Below, one piece after another: positions 24,421 to 38,809 of a stretch of DNA of 64,000 bases. The position numbers and the translations under genes were made by a program. The stretch covers positions 20,460,001 through 20,524,000 of the forward strand of contig OZ024746.1 in NCBI GenBank assembly GCA_964016885.1. Reading direction: 5' to 3'. The stretch's first letter is position 1; each line of letters begins with the position of its first letter. Under the pieces are notes generated by a model. The model did not search any database. It was not told where the DNA came from and saw only the letters and a program-made list of their open reading frames with translations. Source of the DNA: Eledone cirrhosa (Eukaryota).

Positions 24421-24979
24421 ATGATGTGGTGTCATTCCTGCCTTTCTTAATGTTATTGCTCCTACTTTATTGGTAGAGAGTCGGACGCCATGTTTAGCAG
24501 CATAAAGTTACGGCCATTTACGGTCTGAGTTCAAATCCGCCGAGGTTAACTTTGCCTTTCATCCTTATGGGGTCGATAAAACAAAGTACCAGTAATGCAC
24601 TGGGATAATTGCTGGCCTTGTGCCAAAAGTAGAAACAATTATATTTTCAACTAAGTGTATTGAACCAAAGAGATTTCAGTATCTTTTCTTTGCAAGAAGC
24701 CACCGACTTTCTAAATATTGGATAGGCAATAAAGTCCATCTGTATATTAAACATGTATTAAAACTACGCGTAATATTTTTAGTGAATCTTCATAAGTTAT
24801 AAGAGACTGTAAAACTAAATATAATCTATCGATCTATGGGAAACGAAAGAGAACCTCTAATTTAGTTTGTGTTAAAGACAGAACTGGAAAATTAATTCTG
24901 TAAGTTTGAAACAGTAATAAAAGAATAACTGATTCCCTTGAAACTTTCGTTGACGATATCTAAAAAAAGTTTAAAGCCT

Positions 24980-25235
24980 GACTCGAGCCCGGAGGCTCAA
25001 CAGGCCAGTGCTTATACCGGTTTCTGTGGCTTTAAGCGACTAAGAGTACACACCAGTCCATCGCAGAGTGAAATCACCAGCTATTGCTGTTGATATTCAT
25101 TTTCAGCTGAGTGTACTGGAGAAACGTGAAGTGTTTTGCTCAAGAACACACACAACACACACAATCCAGTCAGGAATCGAACCCTCGACATTATGATCGT
25201 AAGTCCAACACCCATATCACTATGACTCGCGTCTC
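24980..25235 (-). mobile_element. Second tRNA-derived SINE family (also 30093-30355, 34350-34600, 47220-47520)
   Basis: Shared ctcgagcccggagg...ttttcagctgagt...gtgttttgctcaagaacac...aggaatcgaac. Confidence 0.75.
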
Positions 25236-25310
25236 CACTATGACTATGTGAATATGCTTTATAGTATGTCACTGCAACTAAACGCCAGTCGATATTTTAG
25301 TATATATAAG

Positions 25311-25873
<563 letters not shown>

Positions 25874-28849
25874 ATGTATTTGTATGTCCGTCGGGGCATA
25901 CGTATGTACTGGCCTAAATCTTCACTATTTACTTTTACTATTTTAATAACCTCTGTCATTTTCGTTTTCAATTTTATTTACATCATTCTTGAACTCCGGG
26001 GCTGGAAATCATTCTGTTATGTTAAATAGAATATTAGTCTAACGACTCCATTTATACCATAAACTTGGTCTTGTCTTTGCATGAAATTGTTCTTCTCGGT
26101 TCACATAACGACGTATTATCCTCGCTTTTTCCCCCGTTCATTGCCAGGGAACGTCTTCACGAACCAAAATATTGTCTTCCTGTTTTCGTTCGGTTGGAAC
26201 GTTTCTCGAAATATTGACTTCTGCGTTCACAGATTACTTTCAGTTCAATTTGAATGGGAAATTCCTGTTTCATCGATTTTCTACGTAACCATGGAAACTT
26301 GTACCCTAAAAGTCGACCCAACGCCCCTTCGGGCCATTCTGCATAACTGTGTAAATTTTCGCTGCATTCCACCAAGCCGTTTCGACGTTTATCCGACTAC
26401 ACTTACTTACTTAAATATACAACGTTCGACCACTTCCAATTTATATAGTAGACAAGGCCAGCAATTACCCAGTACATTACTGGTACTTTATTTTATCGAC
26501 CCCCGTGAGGATGAAAGGCAAAGTTAACCTAGGCGGTATTTGAACTCAGACCGTAAAGGGACGTAACTCCATGCTATGAAGCATGGTGTCCGACTCTCTA
26601 CAGATTCTGCCAATCCACCGCCCTAATGTCTGTACGTAATGAGGGAGTGAGAGGGGAGAGAAAGAAAGGCAGAGGTGAAGTGACGAAGTGACTCTCTCTT
26701 CCTCCTCCTCCTCCTCCATCTCCCCATTCGTCACAGCGATAGAGGGGAGGAATGTTAGTGTGTTACAAAGAGAAAGAGTGAGAGTGAGAGAAACAGACAG
26801 ACTAAAAGAGAGGGATAGCTGGAGAGAGAGAGAGATAACAACCACGCGCGCACGTGTTTCCACTGTCGGACAGACAGACAGAGAAATTGCTGGTTATATA
26901 TTATATAGTAGACTAGCAGAAATCCACCCGGTGGGCGGTTTTCTGCTAGCAAATTTAGTGTATATACTGATATTGTTGAGATTTGGATGAGAAATGTTTT
27001 CGGCACCACATGTTCACCGTCTCTCGGTGTGTCTTTTATGCATGTATAAATATATATGTTATCTATACGGTGAAATCTTTGAAATAAATATATGTTAAAA
27101 CGAAAAAGGAGAAAATAAATAACTGGCGGTTAGAAAAAAATATTCCTATGAAATTTTAATCATACCATTAGGTGTGAATAAGAAAATATTTTTTTATTGT
27201 CAAAACAAATGTTCAAAAGTTAAACTTCAATTTTTTGAATTATTTCCAATCTTTTCATGAAATTGAACACTGGACATTGGCTGCTGGAAATGGAAATTAA
27301 ATCGTATTTAATTGTATTTAAATTTCTAACCTTATTTTATTATTTATATTTTTTCAATAAGAAATAAAAAAAAACAACAAAAAAAATTGAAGAAAAAAAT
27401 TGAACAAATCAAATGGAACTGCGCAATCTGATTAATAAATTACCTCATCAGCAGCAACCTTCTTCAAATGGTCCTTATTATCAGCAGCAACAACCACAAA
27501 TTCAATGGCAACCTTCTTCAAACCACAAATTCAATGGCAACCTTCTTCGCATGGTGTCAAGTCAGAACCGCCTCGAACTGGTTACTTCTGGCTTGTGTAA
27601 GGAGTCTCTATAGCAATCAGCGATTCCCTCGGCCTCAGTGACCAAAGTCAGTGGTCTGTAGCACGTGTTTTAGCGTCTATTCACTCTCTCACTCTCCCGC
27701 TCTCCCTCCCGCTATCCCCCTCTCGTAGTCTGTCTCTTTCTTTCACTCTCACTCTCTCTCTACGCACGTGTTTCCACTGTCGGACAGAAAGACAGAGAAG
27801 TTGCTGGTTATATATATAAGTAGATAAATAATCAACCTATTAATCTTTTAACAAAATTCTATCTGTTCTTGACAGGTAGGTGACTCGAGGCAAATGTAGA
27901 ACAAAGGAGTTTGTCCAGAAATAAAAACGAAAGTCCTGTAATGGATAAGACTCCCAATCCAATAACTGGTTATTATTTAAGACTTTAAAGGCGGTGAACA
28001 GGCAGTAATCGGAAGAGTATCGGACAGCATGATTTGTTGCATATAGTTACGGTCTTTTACGTTCTGAGTTCAAATCTCGTCGAAGTTATCCTTAAAGCGT
28101 CGATAGAATAAAGCACCAGTAACGCACTGAGGATCGATTTAATCGACTGTCCCCTTCCCACAAATTGTTGGCCTTGTGCCCAAATCAGAAACCATTATTT
28201 AAGACTTTACAGGGCGGTGGATTGGCAGTATCGGTAGAGGGTCGGACGCCATGCTTTCCAGCATAGTTACGTCCCTTTACGATCTGAGTTCAAATCCCAC
28301 CGAGGTTGACTTTGCCTTTCATCCTTACGGGGTCGATAAAATAAAGTACCAGTAATGCACTGGGTAATTGCTGGCCTTGTGCCAAAAGTAGAAACAATTA
28401 TTTAAGACTTTACTTAGTCATTTCATCTTTACTGGAGGAGGACGAGGTGGTGTGTGTGAAATTGTTAACCCAGGAATTGAACCTATGTTGCAATGTCAAC
28501 TTTGATAGGAGAGTACTATTATGTATATTACAGTGCTTGTACAGTGAAATACGATTATTAATAGTGAAGGCCAATATAATTGATACCCGCAAAGAATATT
28601 AAATATATATAACTGAGTTATTGTCGATTTAATTAAAATATTAGTTCGGACGACAACGAAAGAATTGTGATATCTTTCAGACAGAATAGAAAAGTAAAAG
28701 CATTTTGATTAGTTTGTATTGTCATTTATAATTTCAAAGTAAAGATATCGTAATGTAAAATCGCACGTCTTTTATAGCTAAACGAAATTTATACATTCAA
28801 GTTAGATAATTTAATTATTTTAAGAAAGTTGGTGATCTCTTTATTGTTA

Positions 28850-29030
28850 AAACGGCAACACATTTGCCCAGGTGATCTCTTTATTGTGAAAACGGCGACT
28901 TATTTGCCCAGGTGAGCTCATTATGATGTACACGGCAACACATTTTTCCAGATGAATTTTTATTGTAAAAACGGTAGCACATTTGCCTCGGGGACTCATT
29001 ATTGGGAAAACAGTAGCACATCTGCCCTGT
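28850..29030 (+). repeat. ~40-bp degenerate minisatellite (~5 units)
   Basis: ggtgatctctttattg..aaacggcaacacatttgccca repeats. Confidence 0.75.
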
Positions 29031-29224
29031 TACGCAAGCAATGAAGGGTTCATTTCTCGTCGGTGGGTTTGTTGCTATTTTAGGAAGTGCAGTGGTGTCG
29101 CATAAACGGTAGGGTGCTGGACTAAATGTACTCAAGGCTTAAGTTTCACCCTGCTCGTTCTGAGTTCAAATTGCACTATATCGATTTTCGTTCCCCCCCC
29201 CCCCCTGCAGAATCAATAAAATAA

Positions 29225-29281
<57 letters not shown>

Positions 29282-30446
29282 AAACATTACAAAAGGCTTA
29301 TAAACGGTTTGAAATCCCACTTGTTGGTTCGATAGTTCAATGTTTTATTCAATCTGTTTGATTCACTTCAACAATCGACAGTGTCGAATGAGAATTTTTC
29401 TAAAACAAAGAAATTTCCAGTCTATATTTTATTCATTCATTCCATATATTTTTCAGTTCCACCCACTTCTTAACGCATAGACAGTATTTCGATAGTTTCA
29501 AGTAGATTCTTGCCACACTTGAAAAAACTTCAATCTATGAAACAATAGCATCGTATAATTTGTGTATTATGTAGAATTTCTGAATGAAATTGAATATGAC
29601 CTTCCCAAGAGTTACATGTCATGGTTACATTATAGATGGCTACACATATCTTACTAGATTATACTGGAAAAGAACAGGCATTATCCACTGATGATATCAG
29701 AAGAACGGAAATGATAAAGAAAAAAATCGAATGAAAGAAAAACAGAAAAAAGAAAAATATGGTTGTCAATCATAAAAACGTTTTTATTTTCATCTTTATT
29801 TGACCCGGAGTCAAATTCGATACTTTACTTTTTCTATATTTTAAAATATTTTTATACTGTATTATATTAACTTCCCGTTGAATGATGTGTTCCACTATGC
29901 TGTAATAGCTCAATAATCACTTGATAAGATGTACTCTATTAACCTTATAATCTCTTAGAAATACATCAATTTTCTTTCAAAAACAACTTTTTGTTTGTTT
30001 TACTTAAACATTTTCCCTTTGGAATATGTGAAATATGTGAAAATTTCCTGTCTTTCTCGGATGTTTGACATTATTCTAAATGTATAAAGTCTTCTCGAGC
30101 CCGGAGGCACGCCAGGCCGGTGTTTATCCCGGTTTCTGTTGTGTAAAGCTACTGAGAGTATAAGACTCCTCCTGGACAGGACACCAGTCCATCACAGGAT
30201 TAAACCCTCAGCTATTTCTGGTACTCATTTTCAGCTGAGTATACTGGAGCAACATGAAATGAAGTGTTTTGCTCAAGAACATAACTCAGTCCAGGAATCA
30301 GACTCACGACATTATGATTGATTGTAAGTCCAATACCTTACCACGAGACCACGCACAAAACTCCCTTCCCTCACTGGACATGACGCTAGTCTATCGCAGT
30401 GTTAAAACCTCAGCTATTGCTGTTTAAGAATTGAACCGACGACATT

Positions 30447-30710
30447 ATGATCTTAAGTCCAACACCCTTACCCCTACTATAATCTTAAGTCCAACACCCT
30501 AACCCCTACTATAATCTTAAGTCCAACACCCTTACCCCTACTATAATCTTAAGTCCAACACCCTTACCCCTACTATAATCTTAAGTCCAACACCCTAACC
30601 CCTACTATAATCTTAAGTCCAACACCCTTACCCCTACTATAATCTTAAGTCCAACACCCTAACCCCTACTATAATCTTAAGTCCAACACCCTTACCCCTA
30701 CTATAATCTA
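30447..30710 (+). repeat. 32-bp minisatellite (~8 units) derived from a SINE head
   Basis: ctataatcttaagtccaacacccttaccccta repeated. Confidence 0.9.
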
Positions 30711-30948
30711 AATAGTGTTTAAGATGTAAATATTCGTGCTGTTTCTAAAAAAGAAAATGTTCGTTCCTTCCTCTTCTCACTTTCTATTTCATATTTTATT
30801 TCTCATTCTATCTTCTGATGAAGAAACATAAGTACTCCTTTCCTACTATATCAAACGTAAAACTAATATATTTCTTCGGCAATATGTCAAGAAGAAGCAG
30901 AGTTTTTTTCAGAATAATTGATCTTAACATATCCTTTCACACTGGGCA

Positions 30949-31048
<100 letters not shown>

Positions 31049-31164
31049 GAAGAGATTCTACAGGACTAGTCCTGTAGAATCTCTTCTATATTAAAACTTT
31101 TATACTCTGCTATGTATTGAGTACCTTACTTACTGTGGTTACCTCCGATTCAACCCGGAATAAC

Positions 31165-31219
<55 letters not shown>

Positions 31220-31416
31220 TATATAGTGAGAGAGAGAGTGAGTGAGAGAGAGAGTGAGTGAGAGAGAGAGAGATCTAACAACGGATGCAGCTATTTTAGC
31301 GTGATGTGTCTTTCGAAGACAATAGCTCAGACAGCTGAGTGAAGTCAAGTCAAGTTGGCTTCTCTAATGGGGATTGAATTTGATTCTGTAGCTTCGGTAT
31401 TAGGAAAATGTGTTGC

Positions 31417-31525
31417 ATCATCATCATCGTCATCACCATCGTCATCACCATCGTCATCATCACCATCACCATCGTCATCATCATCACCATTACCATTATC
31501 ATCATCATCATCATTCATCATCATC

Positions 31526-31573
<48 letters not shown>

Positions 31574-32197
31574 GCCATTATCATCATCATCATCATTATT
31601 ACCGGCGTCGTCGTCATCATCATCATCCTCATCATCATCATCATCACCATCACCACCACCACCACCACCACCACCACCACCACCACCACCACCATCACCA
31701 TCATCACCACCATCATCACCACCATCACCATCACCACCACCATCACCATCACCACCACCATCATCACCACCACCATCATCATCGCCACAACTATCTCCAC
31801 CACCACCACCACCACCACCACCATCACCACCACCATCATCACCACCACCATCATCATCGCCACAACTATCTCCACCACCACCACCACCATCACCACCACC
31901 ATCATCACCACCACCATCATCATCGCCACAACTATCTCCACCACCACCACCACCACCACCACCACCGCCACCACCATCACCATCATCACCACCATCATCA
32001 CCACCATCACCATCACCACCACCATCACCACCACTACCACCACCACCACCACCACCACCACCACCACCGCCACCACCATCACCATCATCACCACCATCAT
32101 CACCACCATCACCATCACCACCACCATCACCACCACTACCACCACCACCACCACCACCACTACCACCACCGCCACCACCATCGCCATCACCATCATC
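31417..32197. repeat. (CAT/CAC)n trinucleotide array with higher-order 63/72-bp repeats
   Basis: Direct reading; explains the poly-H/T/P/V ORFs. Confidence 0.95.
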
Positions 32198-32620
32198 CTC
32201 CTTTTAATTCAATTCCGCACCAATGAAGTCTTAAAGAGAATATTAACTTTTAAGTCTGTTCACAACAGAAATATAAATCCATAATCTTGACACTTGTATG
32301 AACTCATTACACGAAACCTTTTGAGTTTGGAAGTAGTTTCAGAAATTACAAGAAATATTACAAGTTATTTGATTATTTTGCATTAATTATCGTCATACGG
32401 AATAAGGTTAATTTGGTCGTTAATTCAACATAATCAAGTATATGCATTATTCAAAAATTCCTCGCTTTGCATCTTTAGTTCAATGACATTCCATCTAAAG
32501 GCAATATCAGAATTTTATTGCTTTTATATACAACGTTAGTGCCGTGGTATTAATTGATTTCTATTGTTAGAGCTTCATTAAATTTTTGTTGATTGTCACA
32601 CTGTCTGAGAACGAAATAAA

Positions 32621-33072
32621 TACGACTGTCGGCTGAAAAGTTCACAGGCTGACCAAGATACGCTCATGGAATGACCAAATGAGTTTTATTTTTCAATATA
32701 GTCCCTTGAAAGTAACAAGAGTTGAAATTAATGGATACAAGACTTCACAGCTCTAGCAACACGGCTTCATAGGCTGACCAAGATACTCTCATGGAATAAC
32801 CAAATGAGGTTTATTTTTCAATATAGTCCCTTGAAAGTAACAAGAGTTGAAATTAATGGATACAAGACTTCACAGCTCTAGCAACACGGCTTCATAGGCT
32901 GACCAAGATACTCTCATGGAATAACCAAATGAGGTTTATTTTTCAACATAGTCCCTGGAAAGAAATAATGCAGTTATGAATAAGAAGAGTTCAAATTAAT
33001 GCATGCAAGATTTCACAGTTCTAGCATCGATCCTTTATAGTCAGCCTATGAACTTTTCAGCCGCCCCTCGTG
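32621..33072. mobile_element. Mariner-type MITE with internal 125-bp tandem duplication
   Basis: TIRs tacgactgtcggctgaaaagttcacaggctgac / gtcagcctatgaacttttcagccgcccctcgtg; internal unit restarts at 32641, 32766 and 32891. Confidence 0.7.
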
Positions 33073-33669
33073 TATGTATGTGTCAGGTCCCTGGTGTATA
33101 GGTGGTGCCAGATGCAATGTGTGGGGGGAGGGAGACAGGAGTTTCCGACAGTAATGTGTACCAAAGTTGCCTTGGTGTAGAAGTAATAAGGTAAAACCTG
33201 AAGTTTATTCTCATTAACATCATATTCAAATTGATCTCCTGGGGAATTGCTCCCTATGTTGAGAATCATTGCAGTATTGTGTTCATCGACCATAAGCTTA
33301 ACATTTATATGATCTAGTTCATCTAGCTGTAAATATGTTCCATATGTAGTTATGCCCCACGGCAGTGGATTGGCAGTATTAGGAGAGAGTCGGACAACTT
33401 GCTTTGCAGCACATCGTTACATCCTTTTACGTTCTGAGTTCAAATCCCGCCGAAGTTAACTTTGCCTTTCATCCTTACAAGATCGATAAAATAAAGTACC
33501 AGTAATGCAGGAGTCATTATTGTATATCAATAATTGAACTATATCGGCTTGACTGACAACTATTTACTATTTCTAGGACCATTTCTGTATTTGTGTTAAT
33601 GCAATAATGTAACTGTTTCTATAGTAAAGTTTTGGCAAAGAGTTCATAAGAACAGCAACATTTATTATG

Positions 33670-33825
33670 TTTTATTAAGCCAAACTATACAGAAGCTGCA
33701 ATTTCATTTTATATCTTATCTTTGTTTTAGCGTCATTCATGCTACTAAATATTCTTCCTGCTTCTGCATTGCAGTGAGAAAGTATCAAAAGTGGACATAA
33801 CACAGTCTGTAGAGTCTTTAAATGT
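33670..33825 (-). mobile_element. hAT transposase C-terminal dimerisation-domain remnant
   Basis: LLILSHCNAEAGRIFSSMNDAKTKIRYKMKLQLLYSL matches the hAT P/HSNAxxERxFSxMxxxKTxxRN pattern. Confidence 0.6.
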
Positions 33826-34696
33826 ACCTTAGAAGCAGCAGTTTTATATTTATGTGAGGGATCCGAATGGACAAGATCTCAGACCTCATTCGTTTACCGA
33901 GTAGGATAGAACTTGTTAGATCGGACAAAGGAAACAATGTTTCCATTGGTCTCTCCAATTGCTAATACTGTCTACGGGTCTAAATTCCTGGCAGAGGAAA
34001 GAAAAAAAAGGTTCAAGCCCTTACATTCCAACAAAGGTTCAGTATCAGTTTTTTGGTTCAGTCCAACAAATTGATTTCTTGAAATTGGTATTCAGAATCA
34101 GATATGAATTCTGTTGATACCCCCCCCCCCCCCCCCAAAAAAAAAGAGAAAATTCTTCTATTTTGGAAATTGTGTTCTATTATTTGATTGTGGAACATTT
34201 CTAACAGAAAATTGATTAATTTCTTAGAATAGAAAAACTTCTGGCGATCTTTTTTTCTGTTGTATGAAATAAGCAAAGAAGAAATTGTTTGCAATGCTTT
34301 GATAATTCAGTTTTATTCTCAAGTCTAAAAAAAAAAAAGTCTAAAATCTGTCTCGAGACCGGAGGCTCATCAGCCCAGTGTTTATCGCAGCTTCCCTTGT
34401 GTGAAGTGACTGAGAGTACTAGACTCCCCACGGAAAAAATGCCAATCCATCCCAGGGTTAAACCTCCAGTTATTGCTGGTATTCATTTTCAGCTGAGTGT
34501 ATTGGAACAACGTTAAATGAAGTATTTTGTTCAAGAACACAATACACAATCCAGTCTAAGAATCGAACCTACGACATTATGATCATAAATCCAACACCCT
34601 CAAATAGGGCTTGAAATCTAAATATTCTTCTATGTTATAAGTCAATACATCAACTTCTGAGGTTGATAGTTTTAATTTATTCTAATATTATTTTAC

Positions 34697-34850
34697 CAGC
34701 AATGGGCAACATTTTCCGAGCAGTGAGCTGGTTAGGGCATTGAATGTCACTCATCATATGGCGGGCCGAACTAATGAAATAATTCAAGACAATTTTGAAA
34801 TTAGACGTGTAATTCAAAAAGCCAAACGGGCAGTAGTTTGTCCATGACTG
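34697..34850. mobile_element. Short hAT-like MITE
   Basis: cagcaatgggcaac ... gtttgtccatgactg terminal inverted repeats. Confidence 0.45.
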
Positions 34851-35049
34851 TGTTAAATTATTTAATAATTTGGCTTTATCAGCAATTCATTTACATGCTG
34901 AATCTTATGAAATTACCAAAAAGGTTGAAATTAGGTGAGCAGTAGTAGCTACTTGTCATAGTTCATGGTTCAGTGATGTCTATTGATTATTTGAGTCAAG
35001 GTATAAAATACTAAAGGAAAGCTAGCATCCTTGATAATATTAAATTACA

Positions 35050-35900
35050 AGTTGAGTGTTCTTACGTAATTAAAAACATGATTTGTTAAGTTTTAGAAGT
35101 AGATTTGAAGGATGTATGCAAGGAAAGAAGTTTGAGCTGCTTGCTTATAAATAAATTCAATAGATATTGTAATTACGAAACGGACGTGTGTCGATTTTAT
35201 GTAAAAGCTAAGATAATGTAGTCATCAAAATTTTTCTGTTTTAGGCATAATATCTGCTTTGCTCAATACAACACGGTCGCTTTTTGATAAATTGTTGAAT
35301 AAGTAAATATGAATTTAGAAAACTGCATTAGTCTTGCAAATGATGGCATTGCTTCTATAATAGGGAGTAAAAATTCAGTGTGGACCAGAATAAAGGCGGT
35401 ATCTCCAAAATTAATGCAAATGAAATGCGTATGTCATTGTGTATTCAAGATGCGTTTGAATAAACGATTCATCAATCTTTGGATTTCTCATGATAGAGAT
35501 TCCACAGGTTTTCTGTGAACGAATTTTGCAAGAACATAAATATATTTGAAACATTCCAGCTGATACTTATCAAGCACCTTCCTTATTTCAGAAACATTTT
35601 TTTTTTGACAGAGGAAAGAATATGTTTAATACTCTACTAGTAAAAACTCGTCGCCTCGCTACTGAGAAAAAATATTTGTTAATCATGTAGGTACCTTCAT
35701 AAATAATGTTTAGATTGGCTTCTCTTTCTCGGTGAAGATTAATTACAGTTTGAATATTTTATTAAACCAGCAAGAACTAAAAGGTTATTTTGCAGCTATA
35801 GAACATTTTGACTGAACAGATATACAAAGTAAAGTAGAAAACCACAATGAAACTATTGTATATTGTGTTTGCTACCACCATAATATTACATTCCCAGATT
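35050..35900 (+). mobile_element. Degenerate hAT transposase core remnant
   Basis: NLENCISLANDGIASIIGSKNSVWTRIKAVSPKLMQMKCVCH (DG...CxxH motif). Confidence 0.65.
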
Positions 35901-36322
35901 ATAAATCTGGGAATGTAATATTTCAATTATTTGAAATATTATGGATTGTGTAAAGATTTAGGGATCCATTATAAAACTCTGCACAATAGAAGATATAATA
36001 TTGCTTCCCATTTTTCTTGATCTTTTTTATGCTTATTTTGCCTCCTGTTGGCCTTTCCTATTTAAATTTTTTAATTTAGTTTAATTTAAAAAAAATTAAA
36101 ATTAAAATTTTTATATTCACTTATCTCTGTATACCTTGTTTTTTTGTTTGTTTGTCGACCGTAAGAAATATGAGATACTTCCCCTCGTCTGTCATAGCTT
36201 ACTAGCTCTACATAGACGTTAAAATTGATTAAATATATAAATATTATGGTTCTTAAAAATCAACCAAAAAGAGTGATTTTGGAGTAAAATTTAAACAAGT
36301 AGATAATTCAACCCCTTAATGT

Positions 36323-36439
36323 AGACGGTAAGATGTTGTCAGGGATCTCTTAGCTAAATGGTATGAGCACTTAGCCGGTATTTGGGAGATACGGAGTTCG
36401 ATTCTTCGGAGCAGCCGCTGGCAACATATTTTCCCGTCT
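36323..36439 (+). other. tRNA-like sequence enclosed by short inverted repeats
   Basis: Box A tagctaaatgg and box B gttcgattc; flanks agacgg..atgttgtcag / ctggcaacat..ccgtct; acceptor stem imperfect. Confidence 0.4.
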
Positions 36440-36492
36440 CTAAGATTTTTATAAGCTACAAAATAAGGGCAAGATCGTCATCCTCTTTCTGT

Positions 36493-36523
<31 letters not shown>

Positions 36524-37930
36524 CTCACATACACACACACACACTCTCTTTCTCTCTCGCTCTCTAAACAAATGAGGTTCCTTTTCTCTTTCTATCTATG
36601 TGCATCTCTTTCGTTTGGCGCTTCTCCTCTCTATAGAGATGAGGGCGACGTCGTAACTTTCTGTCTCTCCACCTCTTTCTGTCACTTCGAAAAAAAACAC
36701 GGCGTTCCATTTTCTCAATCGACACGCACGTGTGAAAATATTTTGATTATTGAATACTTTCATTACTTGTTGCTTCAAGGGCGGTGGATTGGCAGTGCCG
36801 GTAGATGGTCGGACGCCATGATTTGCAGCATAGAGTTACAGCCCTTTATGATCTGAGTTCAAATCCCGCCGAGGTTAACTTTGCCTTTCATCCTTACGGG
36901 GTCGATAAAATAAAGTACCAGTCAGGCACTGGGGTCGATTTATTCGACCCCCCACCCACAAAAAGAAATTGTTATTTTAAAACATGTTGATTGTTTTGGT
37001 TTTCGATTCACCATAGTTTGCCTTTGGTGATTGTGGTCTCACGTTAATCACTAGATATATTTAAATTAAAAATCTAATCATTATCAAATGTAGACAGTGT
37101 GTCTCTTGAGATGTAAATAATCTAAACTATAATAAAGGAAGGTCTGCGGGGCTGCGTACGGTTTATTTTTTTTTTTATCCCGTTAGTAAAATAAGTTTGA
37201 TTACTTTGAATAAATAATTAATGAATATTACATAATTTATCTACTAAATTTCGTAAACAAAAATAATTTCGTAAAAATAAATAATTTAAAATTGACTTCT
37301 TTTCAAAGTTGCACTTCCGGTATATCGTTGCCACCACCATCATCACTTCAACTACCATATATATATAGAAAGAGAGAGTGTGTGATGTCAACACTTCCGG
37401 TGGCGATCACTTAAATAAACATACTAATTTTCTGTCACTAATTTTCTCCTAATGCAGTTTATATATAATATCTGTTTCTACTTTAGGCACAAGGCCAGCA
37501 ATTACCCAGTGCATTACTGGTACTTTATTTTATCGACCCCGTAAGGATGAAAGGCAAAGTCAACCTCGGCGGGATTTGAACTCAGATCGTAAAGGGACGT
37601 AACTATGCTGGAAAGCATGGTGTCTGACCCTCTACCGATACTGCCAATCCACCGCCCCAGTTTATATATAATATCGTCTTTTTTTAATGTATCATGGATT
37701 ACGTTACTGATTACATAAGACATGTAATGCAGTCTTCGTTCAATTTCTGTTTATATTGTCAATTACGATTTTATCTGATGTATCATATCTACATGTATAT
37801 ATACTTGCGTATAATATCAATATACACACTACACATGCTAGCAGAAAACCACCCGAGGGTGGTTTTTCTGGTAGTTTGTCTAATATACTTCAGGTAAACA
37901 TCAGCTATCTGCTGCTACGAGAGCATGTGC

Positions 37931-37982
<52 letters not shown>

Positions 37983-38166
37983 TAATTTAATATATCAACT
38001 AACATAAGCGCACAGATGCACGCCCATGCTAGCAAATACACAGGTTATGTCATAGTACCTAGGTGGTTCAATGCAGGAGAATGCAGAACAATAATATAAA
38101 AGACGTAAAATAAGAAAATATTAAAAAAAAAAATTTTTTTAAAATTTTTTACTTACTTAAATTTTC

Positions 38167-38248
38167 ACTCCAACTAATTAGTTTCTGCAATGGGATAAAG
38201 ACAGTTACGTAATCCAACTGTCGAGAATTCATTGCGTCATCAGGGAGT
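38167..38248 (-). ncRNA. Type I hammerhead ribozyme (family A, copy 1)
   Basis: ACUCC-CUGAUGA-cGCAAUG...CAUUGCa-GAAAC-UAAUUA-GUU-GGAGU. Confidence 0.8.
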
Positions 38249-38727
38249 CTATTCTCAGTTAAGTCTCCAGGCAATGCGCGGACACTGGCGGCTCATATAA
38301 AAATAATAATAATTCGGTAGATCGAACAGCTGGCGAGGACTGGATTCTATGTACCGAAATTCTCACTGCTTCAGGTCAAATGGCCGATTCTAAAGAATCA
38401 ATCACGTGACACAGAGGCTAGTTAGAAGGAATGGGATGGTAAGATGACTGACGCCTACTAACACCCCAACAAAAAAAAATTTTTTTAGAAGTGGTTTTGG
38501 CAAGTTTGCTCGACAAATCAGTGATTTGGAGATAAATATAGATAATTTAATATATCAACTAACATAAGCGCACAGATGCACGCCCATGCTAGCAAATACA
38601 CAGGTTATGTCATAGTACCTAGGTGGTTCAATGCAGGAGAATGCAGAACAATAATATAAAAGACGTAAAATAAGAAAATATTAAAAAAAAAAAATCTTTT
38701 TAAAATTTTTTACTTACTTAAATTTTC

Positions 38728-38809
38728 ACTCCAACTAATTAGTTTCTGCAATGGGATAAAGACAGTTACGTAATCCAACTGTCGAGAATTCATTGCGTCA
38801 TCAGGGAGT
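38728..38809 (-). ncRNA. Type I hammerhead ribozyme (family A, copy 2)
   Basis: Identical to copy 1, offset 561 nt. Confidence 0.8.

Noticed and set aside
30447-30710. CRISPR-like 32-bp periodic array
   Set aside because: Units are contiguous with no unique spacers; eukaryotic context with no cas genes.
30811-30892. Hammerhead-like UCUU-CUGAUGA-AGAAA...UUUCU...GUC-AAGA
   Set aside because: The GAAA core strand is missing (reads cggcaa); at best a heavily decayed copy.
31345-32284. Long poly-His/Thr/Pro/Val ORFs
   Set aside because: Translations of a (CAT/CAC)n microsatellite that is open in several frames; no coding signature.
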